64,000 bases of DNA, taken from NCBI GenBank assembly GCA_041650455.1, contig JBAZLE010000001.1, positions 157 through 64,156 on the forward strand, read 5' to 3'. The position numbers and the translations under genes were made by a program. This DNA comes from Thermoplasmatota archaeon (GTDB taxonomy: Archaea; Thermoplasmatota; E2; DHVEG-1). Positions within the stretch are counted from its first letter, which is position 1; each line of letters opens with the position of its first letter. Positions 36,801 to 45,995 of this stretch are shown here, one piece after another. The notes below the pieces were generated by a model. That model was not told the DNA's origin, did no database searches, and saw only the letters and a program-made list of their open reading frames with translations.

Positions 36801-38656
36801 CAACATCATCTGTTTTTGTAATCTCTCCATACTGGACGAACGTCGGAACCACGATTAACGCAACAGCTAGTGATGCTACTAGTGGCGTACGGAACATCAC
36901 GTTGTATTATCGATTCAGCCCTAACAATGTATCCTGGGGTGACTGGATGAGTGTAGGTATTGATTTAATCCAACCCTGGGTTTGGAATTTTGGTTTTTCT
37001 AATGGAAGCGGACATTACCAATTTTATAGTAGAGCAAGGGATACTGCAACAAATTCGGAATCCATTCCCGTGGTTCCTGATGCCTGGTGTGGATATGATA
37101 CAACTATTCCAAGTTCCTTCGTTAACCCAATATCCCCCTACTGGAGAAACACTAATGTAACAATTCATGCAAGCATGGACATCATAGGACCTAGTGGTCT
37201 AAAGAATGTCACCTTATTTTATTATCATTCTATAGATAACATGACTTGGTCCGGGCCCTGGAAATATAGCAGCGATGAGGATCCATGGGCTGTGTGCAGT
37301 TGGGATTTTACATTTCCTAATCAAACAGGATATTACAGGTTCTATTCCGGTGCCGCAGATAACAGCAGCAACACAGAAAACCCTCCTGTCGTCAACGACA
37401 CCAGATGTGGATTTGATAATCAATCTCCAATATGTGCGATTGCCTATAATCGGTCGGCATCGTATTTGAAAAGCAATGATTCCCTACAAATTCTTGTTTT
37501 CTTTACCGAGCCACTCTCTGGTGTAAATGAATCGAATGTCATTATAAGTATTGCGACAATGGGTGACGGGTCCCTTACGAATGTCACCATGAGTCAAATC
37601 AATGACACCTTTTGGTATTATAATTGGACTATTCCTGCTGGCTCAGATGAAGATGGACCTTTTACCGTACAGATTTATGCAAATGATCGGGCATCAAATA
37701 ACCTTTCCCCATATCCAACCAGTGATTCGACAAGACGAATAGACAATACTGCGCCGATGATTTCTGCAGTTTCTGTAGATAATATAACTCTCGAATCCGT
37801 CGTCATCAACTGGATAACAGATGAAAATACAACGAGTAGTGTCGAATATGGGACTACTATCGCATTTGGACTCTGGTTCAATGACTCTGATTTTCTGATG
37901 TCTCATACGTGTCTATTAATGAATTTATCTTCAGGTAGTACGTATCACTTTCGTATATTCTCGTATGACCTGGCAGGGAATTTTTATGCATCATCTGGAA
38001 GCACCTTTGTGACAAGTAGTCAATCGACGTCAAATAAAAGACCACTGACGAACACCCTAATTCAAAATAGCCCTCCTACAAATCCAACAATCGAAGGCCC
38101 ATCTCATGGTGACATCCATGTTGAATATAGCTTCACGGTCCGGTCAGGAGATGCAGATTTCGATTCCATTCGATATACTTTCAATTGGGGAGATAGCAGT
38201 ATAGAATCAAGTGGATTTTCACCAAGCAATGTCTATTGTGTTAGAAATCACAGTTGGTCAAGAGCAGGAAAATATTCAATAAAGGTTTCAGCAAGTGATA
38301 ACAACACAACCTCTTCGTCTGAAAAAACAATCTGGATCGATGCGCTTGCTGTTGTTGGTTTAGGATATCTTTTAGACACGAACAGCGACGAAATATTCGA
38401 TGTATTCCATAACAATATGACCGGATTGGAAACTTTAGTCGAAATGAAAGATGAGGGAATCTATCTTATAGATTCTGATGGTGACAAACAATGGGATTAC
38501 AAATATTGCGTATCTACCGATATGCTTTCGATGATAGTTCGACAATCCATAAATACTGAAACAAGACAATTTCCCTTTTTGTTGATTGGACTGTTCTTCT
38601 GCCTGGTCATCTTATTCTCACTCCTGTATTTCCATAGGCGGGCTCTAAAAAAATAA
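33848..38656 (+). CDS. Giant secreted, heavily N-glycosylated cell-surface protein with a C-terminal membrane anchor (~1600 aa)
   Basis: The signal peptide is at the internal Met (MIFMFMVSVFVLFVPILSLS), so the track ORF 33662 was trimmed. Dozens of N-x-S/T sequons, a duplicated ~135-aa GWISPT domain, FN3-like and PKD-like segments, and 3 tandem 105-aa repeats are present. The C-terminus FPFLLIGLFFCLVILFSLLYFHRRALKK is a TM helix plus basic tail. Confidence 0.75.
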   Translation: MIFMFMVSVFVLFVPILSLSIVSTPAEINQHEISISFTPETVHSNDTMLIEVRVPIYLDIYSIVADMGGIELVVLSYVENNSYLEVWQATWMLPGVGNGSYLSFITLVNKTDACFKVNKTWTVISDERIEKGFLIDNSTRETYLQINHTNISNQRNKNVGVISSNISDKNQTHALLLTDTFFENLSQSENITTNVPTNLGEADWSITETALGNSHKRVRISSDVHYTNVTAFTTIDNRPRNSIHLYHMINGSRTEIDFSSFDLDNDGFVDRIEWIVPHLSEQTYEIIIEITKAEHLDAARVFLSDIYAEVKQADDVWSESIHNEEFVRVTFEKALDAGNDITIVARSAGVSRIEVYAKGSQKLITTFQNVTTENKYQVFLTSLTETQTTFDLKVCGDTVEYDYIVDPTGWISPTGHADPSNQWSNELRAYDGNTGTYASQTGAIGWRGFIEFTLTNPIYCDRVRVFSDFGYGVVDLVDIDVYNSTTWVDKYNGTISDATWTEISFPAETNVTKGRFRYHFLAGGWIFWLYEFEFWQGQQLTLPNGTTLNVTSIDETTAILRGNVSDDGGEPCEYRFQYGTDTTYGINTTWGGSRVSGSEFGTMIHNLNLSQTYQFRVQIRNSIGTVNGSNNSFTTAVPPLGWISPTSHYDSNSKWENEENSYDDDTGSFARSYHSVNDPNGQWSSFLYLNHSTLVCDKVRFYAKGPTGDSIQIDQVDLDVYKGGIWVDVYQGVFLDKQWVEKNFVQGNVTTARIRFRVNTNNGGLYYELYEFDFNKSRPVPIISNAGPTNGSWGVNLRPQMNITVANPDGANMTIYWYSNSSGSWQLFGLNTSVVNGTYHQWNNNFSNNNTKYWWKVLVTDGTDSNSSSYYFSTPDTIKPSSNVVAISPYWKKTSPLAITATATDAGWSGLKNVTLFYRFSGNNVSWGGWKLVSVDSTSPWSWNFAFSNGSGFYQFYSIACDYATNEESFTGIADSWCGYDNVAPTSSVFVISPYWTNVGTTINATASDATSGVRNITLYYRFSPNNVSWGDWMSVGIDLIQPWVWNFGFSNGSGHYQFYSRARDTATNSESIPVVPDAWCGYDTTIPSSFVNPISPYWRNTNVTIHASMDIIGPSGLKNVTLFYYHSIDNMTWSGPWKYSSDEDPWAVCSWDFTFPNQTGYYRFYSGAADNSSNTENPPVVNDTRCGFDNQSPICAIAYNRSASYLKSNDSLQILVFFTEPLSGVNESNVIISIATMGDGSLTNVTMSQINDTFWYYNWTIPAGSDEDGPFTVQIYANDRASNNLSPYPTSDSTRRIDNTAPMISAVSVDNITLESVVINWITDENTTSSVEYGTTIAFGLWFNDSDFLMSHTCLLMNLSSGSTYHFRIFSYDLAGNFYASSGSTFVTSSQSTSNKRPLTNTLIQNSPPTNPTIEGPSHGDIHVEYSFTVRSGDADFDSIRYTFNWGDSSIESSGFSPSNVYCVRNHSWSRAGKYSIKVSASDNNTTSSSEKTIWIDALAVVGLGYLLDTNSDEIFDVFHNNMTGLETLVEMKDEGIYLIDSDGDKQWDYKYCVSTDMLSMIVRQSINTETRQFPFLLIGLFFCLVILFSLLYFHRRALKK
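36473..37414 (+). repeat. Three tandem in-frame ~315-nt (105-aa) coding repeats within the surface protein
   Basis: Units start at 36473, 36788 and 37097. They share the blocks ISPYW..NVTL(F/Y)YR(F)S.NNVSWG.W......PW.WNF.FSNGSG.YQFYS.A.D.ATN.ES......D.WCGYD. Confidence 0.7.
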
Positions 38657-38747
38657 CAGGGTATCGCCTCGTTCATAGACTCAGTTCTTTGCTAAGAATT
38701 CGAATTTCATGCTTCTGTGATATTTGTCTTGTGGTAGGTTCTTGTTC

Positions 38748-40382
38748 TCAATTTAATAAATCTATCAAGGAGAGTGCAGCTTGGATGTTCTTTGACGCAG
38801 AGATGCTTTCGATGATTCTTTCTATTAGAATTACTACGGATTGTGACCAGCGGAAAAATTTTAGTGTTAATACTGCGTGTTGCATCCTTTGTAGGGACAT
38901 CTCGTAGTTATCCTCCCAAAGGGTCCCAATGATTCCTTGTGAAGCGTTTGGTGCGTACAACCAAAGAAGTTCTGTAAGAAACGCCTGTTCCTGCATGTTC
39001 TTATCAAGCTCTGTGAGGAACGAAGTGATGTTGATACCACTGTGAATCATCAAAAGGGCGAGTGCTTCATTGGCTTCATTTTCGAACAGAAATACTGTTT
39101 CTACACCCTGGCACAGGGCTGTTATATTTCCATGACCATATTTCTGAAGCAGCTCGAGAGATACTGCAGCTGCCTCTCCGGTCTCGTAGGGGTCGTAGAA
39201 ATCGTTATCACAGATATGTACTGGGACATAAATCGAAGAGCACGCATGGTTTGCAGCAAACCACCCACTGCTTAACATGTCTGGATGGTCTTTTGGTATT
39301 TTAAATACCATCGCAGCCTCGTACAGGTAACGATCCTCACACAGGGGGCGAAGTCCATCAAGCTCTGCGGTATGCATCCGTGACCAGCGGATCATGTCCT
39401 GTACGGTGATAGTACCAATCGCAGGTTGTATCTTTTCGAGAAGCTCCTGTTCCCATGCATACACTGATGTACACATCGAAATCTTTGCGGTATTTTCCTC
39501 TATTTCCAACAGTTCTACACGAAATGGTCCGATAGTTGCTTGTTCCCCTACTGAGAGGGTGACTTGGGTGTCTTGCTCTTTATAAGTAAACAGGAATGCA
39601 GGGGCTACTGTTAGGGTAATCGTAGAAGGCGTTATTTGTTTGATTCGCACCCCACAGACAGACCCAAGACGGACAGTAGCGCCACGTCGAACCACTGTTT
39701 CTTTCTGTGCATCAAATGACGATGCAATCGGCAGCGATCTGATGAGCTGGGTTCGCCAAAGGTCTTTTGGGTAATTGGACATGACGAGAACTTCAGAGAT
39801 ATTTTTTATCGTGTACCGTAGTGCATCTGCTTCGATGACGACTGCTTTCTGAGGGCCAACCAAAAACAGATTCTCTGAGACGCCGGTGGCATGAAGCCGA
39901 TCTGTTGCTTCCTTGGTAAGTAAGAGGACTGCGTCGTCTTCGTTATCTGCGGTTTGGCAGGCGTACCTGATCCAATCAAAGTCATCCCATGCGTTCTTTG
40001 TTGGGTTAATCCAGTGTGAAAGCGTGTCTGCATCACCAAAGGCAAGTCCAGCATCAGTCAGTACCATCCCTGCTTTGACGATATTGGGGGGTGTGTCTCC
40101 CTGTGTTGCGACACCAAGAAACGTATGGGTGACAGTAAACTCCCAGGGTCTTCCGGTCCAGGGATGATGATAGGTGTAAAGTATCCCTTTTGGCACTCTG
40201 CAAAGGACTTGTAAGCCTTCGCGACTCGGGTCTCTGACTTTTAAAAAAAGACTGTAGTCGCCAGCAGTTGCCTCAGAGGGTATCACGATATCCTTGCAGC
40301 TTTTTCCAGCAGGGAGCGTGAGTAGAGAACAGAACAGAATGGATAGGAAAAGAATCGAAAGTACTTTCTGTTTTTCCCTCAT
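38748..40382 (-). CDS. Secreted hypothetical protein (544 aa); possible Ntn-hydrolase-like fold, which is speculative
   Basis: Signal peptide ending ..LPAGKSC. No confident domain assignment. Confidence 0.55.
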   Translation of the reverse strand: MREKQKVLSILFLSILFCSLLTLPAGKSCKDIVIPSEATAGDYSLFLKVRDPSREGLQVLCRVPKGILYTYHHPWTGRPWEFTVTHTFLGVATQGDTPPNIVKAGMVLTDAGLAFGDADTLSHWINPTKNAWDDFDWIRYACQTADNEDDAVLLLTKEATDRLHATGVSENLFLVGPQKAVVIEADALRYTIKNISEVLVMSNYPKDLWRTQLIRSLPIASSFDAQKETVVRRGATVRLGSVCGVRIKQITPSTITLTVAPAFLFTYKEQDTQVTLSVGEQATIGPFRVELLEIEENTAKISMCTSVYAWEQELLEKIQPAIGTITVQDMIRWSRMHTAELDGLRPLCEDRYLYEAAMVFKIPKDHPDMLSSGWFAANHACSSIYVPVHICDNDFYDPYETGEAAAVSLELLQKYGHGNITALCQGVETVFLFENEANEALALLMIHSGINITSFLTELDKNMQEQAFLTELLWLYAPNASQGIIGTLWEDNYEMSLQRMQHAVLTLKFFRWSQSVVILIERIIESISASKNIQAALSLIDLLN

Positions 40383-40436
40383 ATAGGATTAAAATATAAA
40401 ACCAGAATATATAAACGTATGCTCCAAGAAACGGAC

Positions 40437-41327
40437 TTATTCAGCAGATTCTTCTTTCTTTTTCTTTGCTGTTTTCTTCGTGGTCGTTTTCTTCTTGGTG
40501 GAAGATTTTGCTTTTGTTTTCTTCTTTGGTGTCTCTTCCTTTTCCAAGTCCTCAGCGGTCAGTTCTTCTTCAATCGGTTCTTCTTTTTCTTCTGAGGTTG
40601 CCTCTTTTTCTGGTTGTTCTTCGGTCAGTTCTTCTTCCGAGGGAACTTCTGATTCTTCCGAGCTTGGTTCTTTTGGTTGTTCCTCTGGTTTCTCTACTGG
40701 TTCTGTTGGTTTTTCGTCTTCGATGATTACGGTCGGGAGGCGAATGATTTCTGTTTTATTGACCTCGATACGTTTCACGGGGTAGTAAATCTTACAGTGT
40801 TTGTAGATTTCGCTGCCGGTTTTTCCATCCAGGCAGTCTTTGATAAAGGAATTGAGTGTTTTCGCTTTTCCTTCTTTGGTGATGACCTCATTCATGACGT
40901 CCCTGATGAGTTTCTTTTGTGAGCTTTGAATTCGTTTCTCGGCGATCGCGAAGGGTTTTACTCGCAGGAGCGCGCCGTCCCTGGTCTCCACGTCGAAGAC
41001 CCCGTCAACACGGGACTTTCTCCGTCTGATCATCCGTCGGAGGTAATCTGAGGTGAGCAGATGACCTTTCAGTTGGGTATGTGCCGTGTTCTGTTCGATT
41101 TTATCGATGGAAAAGAGCAGTTTAATATGAGATTTCCGAAAATCATTGGTGATGTCTTGAAGGGACACTTCGGTGACTCTGCCAATGAGGCTTTCTGGTG
41201 TCTCTGCTAACGTCTCAGCGACCGGGACATTATTGAATAAGGATGGTGCGAGTATCGTGTACCAGTTTTTTGCTTTCCATCGGTCTTTGACTTTTCTGGT
41301 TGTCGTGCGTGCACGTGCTTTGGCCAT
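40437..41327 (-). CDS. rps3ae: Ribosomal protein S3Ae (eS1) with a ~100-aa highly charged E/K/P-rich C-terminal extension
   Basis: MAKARARTTTRKVKDRWKAKNWYTILAP... is a canonical S3Ae N-terminus. The tail is EDEKPTEPVEKPEEQPKEP...KKKTKAKSSTKKKTTTKKTAKKKKEESAE. Confidence 0.85.
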   Translation of the reverse strand: MAKARARTTTRKVKDRWKAKNWYTILAPSLFNNVPVAETLAETPESLIGRVTEVSLQDITNDFRKSHIKLLFSIDKIEQNTAHTQLKGHLLTSDYLRRMIRRRKSRVDGVFDVETRDGALLRVKPFAIAEKRIQSSQKKLIRDVMNEVITKEGKAKTLNSFIKDCLDGKTGSEIYKHCKIYYPVKRIEVNKTEIIRLPTVIIEDEKPTEPVEKPEEQPKEPSSEESEVPSEEELTEEQPEKEATSEEKEEPIEEELTAEDLEKEETPKKKTKAKSSTKKKTTTKKTAKKKKEESAE

Positions 41328-41535
41328 ATCTATCACTTATAATGATCGTCATTTTTATTATTAAGGGATTTTTGCAGTAATAGAGTTCTTATACTTAAAT
41401 GCTACGAGGGGGTCAGTAGTTCCGAAAGTAGGGAGGGACGACTGAAAAATCTGACGAAAAAAGTCGGTGGAGAATTCACGGAAATGTAACGGAGTCATAC
41501 CTTCGAGACGTTCAAGCGTATATGAAGAACCGCTG

Positions 41536-42333
41536 TTAAAAGGCATCAATGATCTTGAGATTTCGTTCTTTTGCTTTTTTTTGCAGCTCCTCCCGGAGTT
41601 CCTTGTAATAGCTTTTCTCTTCCAACAGATGAAGAGAAAACATATGCAGTATATCTCGGTTCTGCTGGAGTTTTTTCTCTACATTCTCCCAGATTCCTGG
41701 TCTCAGACGTAGCATATCTATCCAGAGTTCTTGGGCGCCGAGATTCTTGATTGTATCAAGGATTCTTGGGATTTCTGCCTTGGGTATTGTGGGGTACACC
41801 GGGCCAAAGAACACCGCTGTCCGCAGACCTGCCTCGGAACATTTTTTTAACGCGGCGAGCCGGTCTTGGATAGGGGATGCCCATGGTTCCAGAAGCCTTC
41901 GTTCTGCATCATGAATCGTTCCGATGCTGAACATGACCTGTGCATCAGAAAACCGTGACAACAGATCGATATCCCGGGTCACCAAGGCTGATTTTGTTTG
42001 GATGTGTGCCGGGAAATCATATCGGAGGAGTTGCTCTAAACAAAACCGAGTCAGCTGGTATCGCTGCTCCAGTGGCTGGTATGGGTCGGTGACCGTTGAT
42101 ATCCCCACCACGCCTGGTTTCTTGGTTTTTACCTCTTTTGCTAACACCAAGGGGATGTTTTTTTTCACTTCAATAAGTTGCCCCCAATCCTGCCGGGGTA
42201 TCCGGAGCACATTTGGTGCATAGCAATACGCGCAGTTATGCATGCATCCCCGGTAGGGATTCAACGAGTAATCAAGCCCAGGTAACGTTGAACGGGATAA
42301 CGCGGTTTTACACAGCACCTCTTGTGTTTTCAT
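41536..42333 (-). CDS. Radical SAM protein, SPL/DNA-repair-photolyase-like (COG1533-type)
   Basis: LNPYRGCMHNCAYCYA has a CxxxCxxC motif, in a ~265-aa protein. Confidence 0.7.
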   Translation of the reverse strand: MKTQEVLCKTALSRSTLPGLDYSLNPYRGCMHNCAYCYAPNVLRIPRQDWGQLIEVKKNIPLVLAKEVKTKKPGVVGISTVTDPYQPLEQRYQLTRFCLEQLLRYDFPAHIQTKSALVTRDIDLLSRFSDAQVMFSIGTIHDAERRLLEPWASPIQDRLAALKKCSEAGLRTAVFFGPVYPTIPKAEIPRILDTIKNLGAQELWIDMLRLRPGIWENVEKKLQQNRDILHMFSLHLLEEKSYYKELREELQKKAKERNLKIIDAF

Positions 42334-42334
42334 C

Positions 42335-43627
42335 TTATCTCACCATAAAATCTTCTAATTTCCTCTGGTATAGCTGGTTCTTCAGCACTGCGCTGTTCCG
42401 TATCCATCGTTGCACCGGGATATCCATGATTTCGGAAACGTAGATGAGTGATTCCTGGACAGTGTTGAATTTTTTCGGTGGTTGGGTCAACGCATGCCGC
42501 ACGCTTTCCCGAACGTTCCATACACCAATTGGCATGATATACCCCGGATGTGCCTCTCGGAGGATCACCACCCCTGCCTGGCGTCGTTCTTTGTTGAGGA
42601 GCTCGTTAACCGCGAGTCGCGCCGCATAATAGCACCCACCGATCTCCGCATACGTCGTCCGGCCCTCATAGAACTCATAGCTGTTGAAAATGGAAATCCC
42701 GGTCCCATACTGGTTCCAGGTCGTGTTCGGATACCATGCTTCAATGAGCTCATACTGCCATTCCGAGGGCGTCATCAGAATGATCCATCGATTATCAAAT
42801 TGATTCAGGTAGTACGCGCGGACCTCGTTGATGAAGGGATAGGTTTTTGTTTTTTTCATCAGCTCCGCACCAAGGGTTGAATCCACTGCGGTGATACTCC
42901 ATCGAGTTGGCACAAAGCGTCGGTTCTTTTTGATGCCAAATGCTCCGACACTAAACGCGCGTTGTATCTTTGAGATGAACACCCCATTTTTATAGATGTC
43001 AAGGATGGCATCCCGTGCTTTCAGGTCTGTGTCATAGTAGGCTTTTTCGATGTGTTGCTCGTATTTCGGGTTTGTGATATCCAAGGTTCTGAGTGGAGCA
43101 GATGGCCCATGTGGTTGGATTTCATCATAGAACGCTATCTTCCCGTAGGGTTTTTTTTCAAACACGGCGTCTGCGAACACTGCGTTCTTCGAAAGGGCTA
43201 GCTCCCTGGTGAATTCCACAATTCGGTGGGGGCTTTCAACGTTGGTGACATCCACGGTGAATTTTCCTCTGACGAGCTGACTACGGAAGTCCACGATGTC
43301 ATCGAGTGTTTTATGCAGCCATCGCTCTGGCGTATCGATTTCTGAGGTATCTCCCATGACTGGGGGGATCATCGGGCCTATTGCTACCTTTGGATATCCG
43401 ATCCTTCCAATAAAGACGCTTGGTGGTGATGCTCCCTCGAGTCGTAAACTGTTCAGTAACGGTTTTGTCTTTACTTTGGCATGATACCGGACAATCACTG
43501 GGCATCGGTTTTTGCCGCATAAAAACTTCGTTCCTCTGCAGAGAGCGCAGAGGCTTGTTGATTCCTTTTTCTGAGTAGGAAAAATTCTCTTCTGATTCTT
43601 TGTGACGTTTTGCACCAGATCCCCCAT
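42335..43627 (-). CDS. nreA: NreA-like archaeal DNA repair protein (DUF650/DUF651)
   Basis: N-terminal CALCRGTKFLCGKNRCP motif, ~430 aa. The gene is immediately upstream of the radical SAM gene. Confidence 0.65.
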   Translation of the reverse strand: MGDLVQNVTKNQKRIFPTQKKESTSLCALCRGTKFLCGKNRCPVIVRYHAKVKTKPLLNSLRLEGASPPSVFIGRIGYPKVAIGPMIPPVMGDTSEIDTPERWLHKTLDDIVDFRSQLVRGKFTVDVTNVESPHRIVEFTRELALSKNAVFADAVFEKKPYGKIAFYDEIQPHGPSAPLRTLDITNPKYEQHIEKAYYDTDLKARDAILDIYKNGVFISKIQRAFSVGAFGIKKNRRFVPTRWSITAVDSTLGAELMKKTKTYPFINEVRAYYLNQFDNRWIILMTPSEWQYELIEAWYPNTTWNQYGTGISIFNSYEFYEGRTTYAEIGGCYYAARLAVNELLNKERRQAGVVILREAHPGYIMPIGVWNVRESVRHALTQPPKKFNTVQESLIYVSEIMDIPVQRWIRNSAVLKNQLYQRKLEDFMVR

Positions 43628-43710
43628 GGTTCAAACACTCTTTTATACCTTTATTGGAGAGCAGTGAAAGTATATATTTATTTATCTTTCAGAGACGGGT
43701 CACGGATTTT

Positions 43711-44304
43711 TCATACGATTCGTCTCACCCAACAGATGGTATATTTCCCGATAGTAAACTTTTTATCGACAATCCATCCATCCCTCATATAGAAATGGAA
43801 CGCTGGTCTACTGGTATTTGTTACGCCAGTCACCCCTCCGTACCCATTCGTTTTGGCATAGTCATATAAAAAATTTAACATCGAACGGCCATATCCTTTC
43901 TGCTGATACTGTGCTTTGGTTCCATAGAAGATAAGCTCAAGGCATTTTTTGTCGTATACTGGTTTATTTTTGTTGTACGCCCAGAGCTGTTGAATACCTT
44001 TTAACTTTAAGGTCCTCAGCAGGGAAAACCCAAAGGGAATGGTCCTTACAAAACTTGGTTTGCTATCAGAATCAATACAGATTCCAACGCAGACAAGATG
44101 ATCGTCTTTTTTGATGCCAAATATTTTTATCGAACCTGTTTTTTTGTATAATTTGATTAAACTTCGGATGATTGTTTCTGTATGTTTAGGGTTTTCGATC
44201 AGTGCTGGTATCTGAGGGGAGTCATGAAATGCAGTAATGATAATCTCCATATATTCAGGTTCATTTTGTTCATTTAGCTCTCTGATTTTTTGCTCATGGG
44301 ACAT
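43711..44304 (-). CDS. GNAT family N-acetyltransferase
   Basis: QQKGYGRSML acetyl-CoA-binding (Q/RxxGxG/A) motif. Confidence 0.65.
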   Translation of the reverse strand: MSHEQKIRELNEQNEPEYMEIIITAFHDSPQIPALIENPKHTETIIRSLIKLYKKTGSIKIFGIKKDDHLVCVGICIDSDSKPSFVRTIPFGFSLLRTLKLKGIQQLWAYNKNKPVYDKKCLELIFYGTKAQYQQKGYGRSMLNFLYDYAKTNGYGGVTGVTNTSRPAFHFYMRDGWIVDKKFTIGKYTICWVRRIV

Positions 44305-44332
44305 CTATTCAACCCCTTTTACAATGAAGTTT

Positions 44333-45205
44333 TTATTTTTTTTCTCCTACCGCACCGATATAGCGATGAGTGACTGCAATATACTCTTTTGACGAATAAT
44401 GCTGTTGGAGGAGCTCACCAGTTCGTGTGATGATTTTTTCTTTCCGATTTTCATCGATGAGTTGTATAATTCCTGCTGCGACACCTGATTTTATCAATTG
44501 TTCCATGACGGGTTCTGTTCTGTCGAATGGGAAGATCTCCCTTCCTTTCCAGGCATCAATGATCTTAAAACCGTTCATTCTCATCCTGTGAATCAGGGTT
44601 CCTGTCGTGAGATAAAACTGTGGTTTTATATAAGAGATCAACGCAGTCGGTTCTTCTGATACTGCTATAAGAAAACAGAACACAAACTCCCAGTTCGACA
44701 ATATGCTATTATCAATGATTCCTATTTTTCCATGGACACTGAGGGTTCTTTGAGCCTCAAAAAGAATCTGTGGTGGAAGATACCCTAGGCCCCATGCACA
44801 GGTAATACAATCATAACTCTGTGAGGGTTGGTTTTTTAGAAAATGATACGCATCATCATGGACAAAACGGCAGGTATCGCCGTATTTTTTTTGTGCCACA
44901 GCAATCATTTGGTCCGATGAGTCAACACCAGTAACGACACCCTCTGTGAGCTCAGAAAGTTTTTGTGTCACAAAACCTGTGCCACATGTCAGGTCAAGGC
45001 ATTTCCCCTGTTTTGGGGGTTCTACTCTTTTTAGCAGGTCCTCAGAAAGGGAGGCCATATATGTTGTCCAAAACGTATCATAGAAAGAGGCGACCTCATT
45101 GTAGCCAGTTTGTACGAGCTTGCTTGAATCATTTCTCTGGTTCAGACAAAGATCAAAGGCTCGCAGACCTAGTTTGAACCACTGTCGATGAAGAATTCCT
45201 CTCAC
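44333..45205 (-). CDS. Class I SAM-dependent methyltransferase
   Basis: Motif I CLDLTCGTGF, with an acidic motif II downstream. Confidence 0.7.
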   Translation of the reverse strand: MRGILHRQWFKLGLRAFDLCLNQRNDSSKLVQTGYNEVASFYDTFWTTYMASLSEDLLKRVEPPKQGKCLDLTCGTGFVTQKLSELTEGVVTGVDSSDQMIAVAQKKYGDTCRFVHDDAYHFLKNQPSQSYDCITCAWGLGYLPPQILFEAQRTLSVHGKIGIIDNSILSNWEFVFCFLIAVSEEPTALISYIKPQFYLTTGTLIHRMRMNGFKIIDAWKGREIFPFDRTEPVMEQLIKSGVAAGIIQLIDENRKEKIITRTGELLQQHYSSKEYIAVTHRYIGAVGEKK

Positions 45206-45270
45206 CCATTTCCATGTTGATGTAATGATAAGAAAAATATCCCAGGTTGTTATTAAGCTTTAGGATGATG

Positions 45271-45699
45271 TTAAGGGATTTTTATTTTTCTTCGTAACGT
45301 CTCAAGCCACGAGGGTATTCCTTCGACGGTCCGACACATGCATCGTTGAGCGAATATCTGCCGGTATCTCATGTCGCATTCCACACGATTCTCAAGATTT
45401 TTTTTAATGGAGGCACCAAGTCGTCCACCACGCCAGTCCCAATCGGTGAGTAAGATGATTTTCGTATATTTCTGGGCTATGGTGTCACAAAAATTAGACA
45501 CGGACTGTCCTTTGTTAAACCGGATAATCTCACCGGTCATCTCAAGTCTGCGTAATGCAGCGATATCCTTTTCTCCCTCTACGATGATGGGAACTGTTGT
45601 ATTCTCCTCACGTAGTTCAACGAGTGTTTCTTCTAATTCTTGGACTGTTTGTTCATCATCCATGGAAAACCGTCCCCAGTTTTGCATGCACCGCTTCAA
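45271..45699 (-). CDS. Small Toprim domain protein
   Basis: IIVEGEKD (catalytic Glu) and LTDWDWRG (DxD) motifs. Confidence 0.6.
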   Translation of the reverse strand: MKRCMQNWGRFSMDDEQTVQELEETLVELREENTTVPIIVEGEKDIAALRRLEMTGEIIRFNKGQSVSNFCDTIAQKYTKIILLTDWDWRGGRLGASIKKNLENRVECDMRYRQIFAQRCMCRTVEGIPSWLETLRRKIKIP

Positions 45700-45976
45700 G
45701 AGAGATGTTCTTCAGGCATACGGTTTTTTCCCTGGTCTTCTCACCACTGACCAGCAGCACCTGTTTTCCTTCCAGGTGAAAAAACTGTGCGATGGTTTTG
45801 ACCACTTCACTGTTTGCTTTATTCTCCTTTGCTTCAGCCTTGACCTTGATTTCTAGAGACTTTCGCCAGGGATTATATTGTACTGGAAAAGACGTGTGCG
45901 TCGACCCTGGAACCACATGCAAGCATAGAAGAACGCCTTGCTTTGATGCTTTCACTGCATCCGTATATGAAGTCAT
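45656..45976 (-). CDS. DUF167 (YggU/UPF0235) family protein
   Basis: ..HVVPGS....KAEAKENKANSEVVKTIAQFF......LVSGEKTREKTVCL fits the DUF167 pattern. Confidence 0.65.
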   Translation of the reverse strand: MTSYTDAVKASKQGVLLCLHVVPGSTHTSFPVQYNPWRKSLEIKVKAEAKENKANSEVVKTIAQFFHLEGKQVLLVSGEKTREKTVCLKNISLEAVHAKLGTVFHG

Positions 45977-45995
45977 ACTCTCGACGGAACACCAA

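Noticed and set aside
40466-40922. Plus-strand ORFs rich in S/L/F opposite the S3Ae tail
   Set aside because: This is the antisense shadow of the lysine/glutamate-rich tail (AAG/GAA repeats read as CTT/TTC).
41337-41535. Possible C/D-box sRNA in the gap after S3Ae (CTGA motifs present)
   Set aside because: No convincing C box (RUGAUGA) or terminal stem could be found by eye. It was left uncalled.
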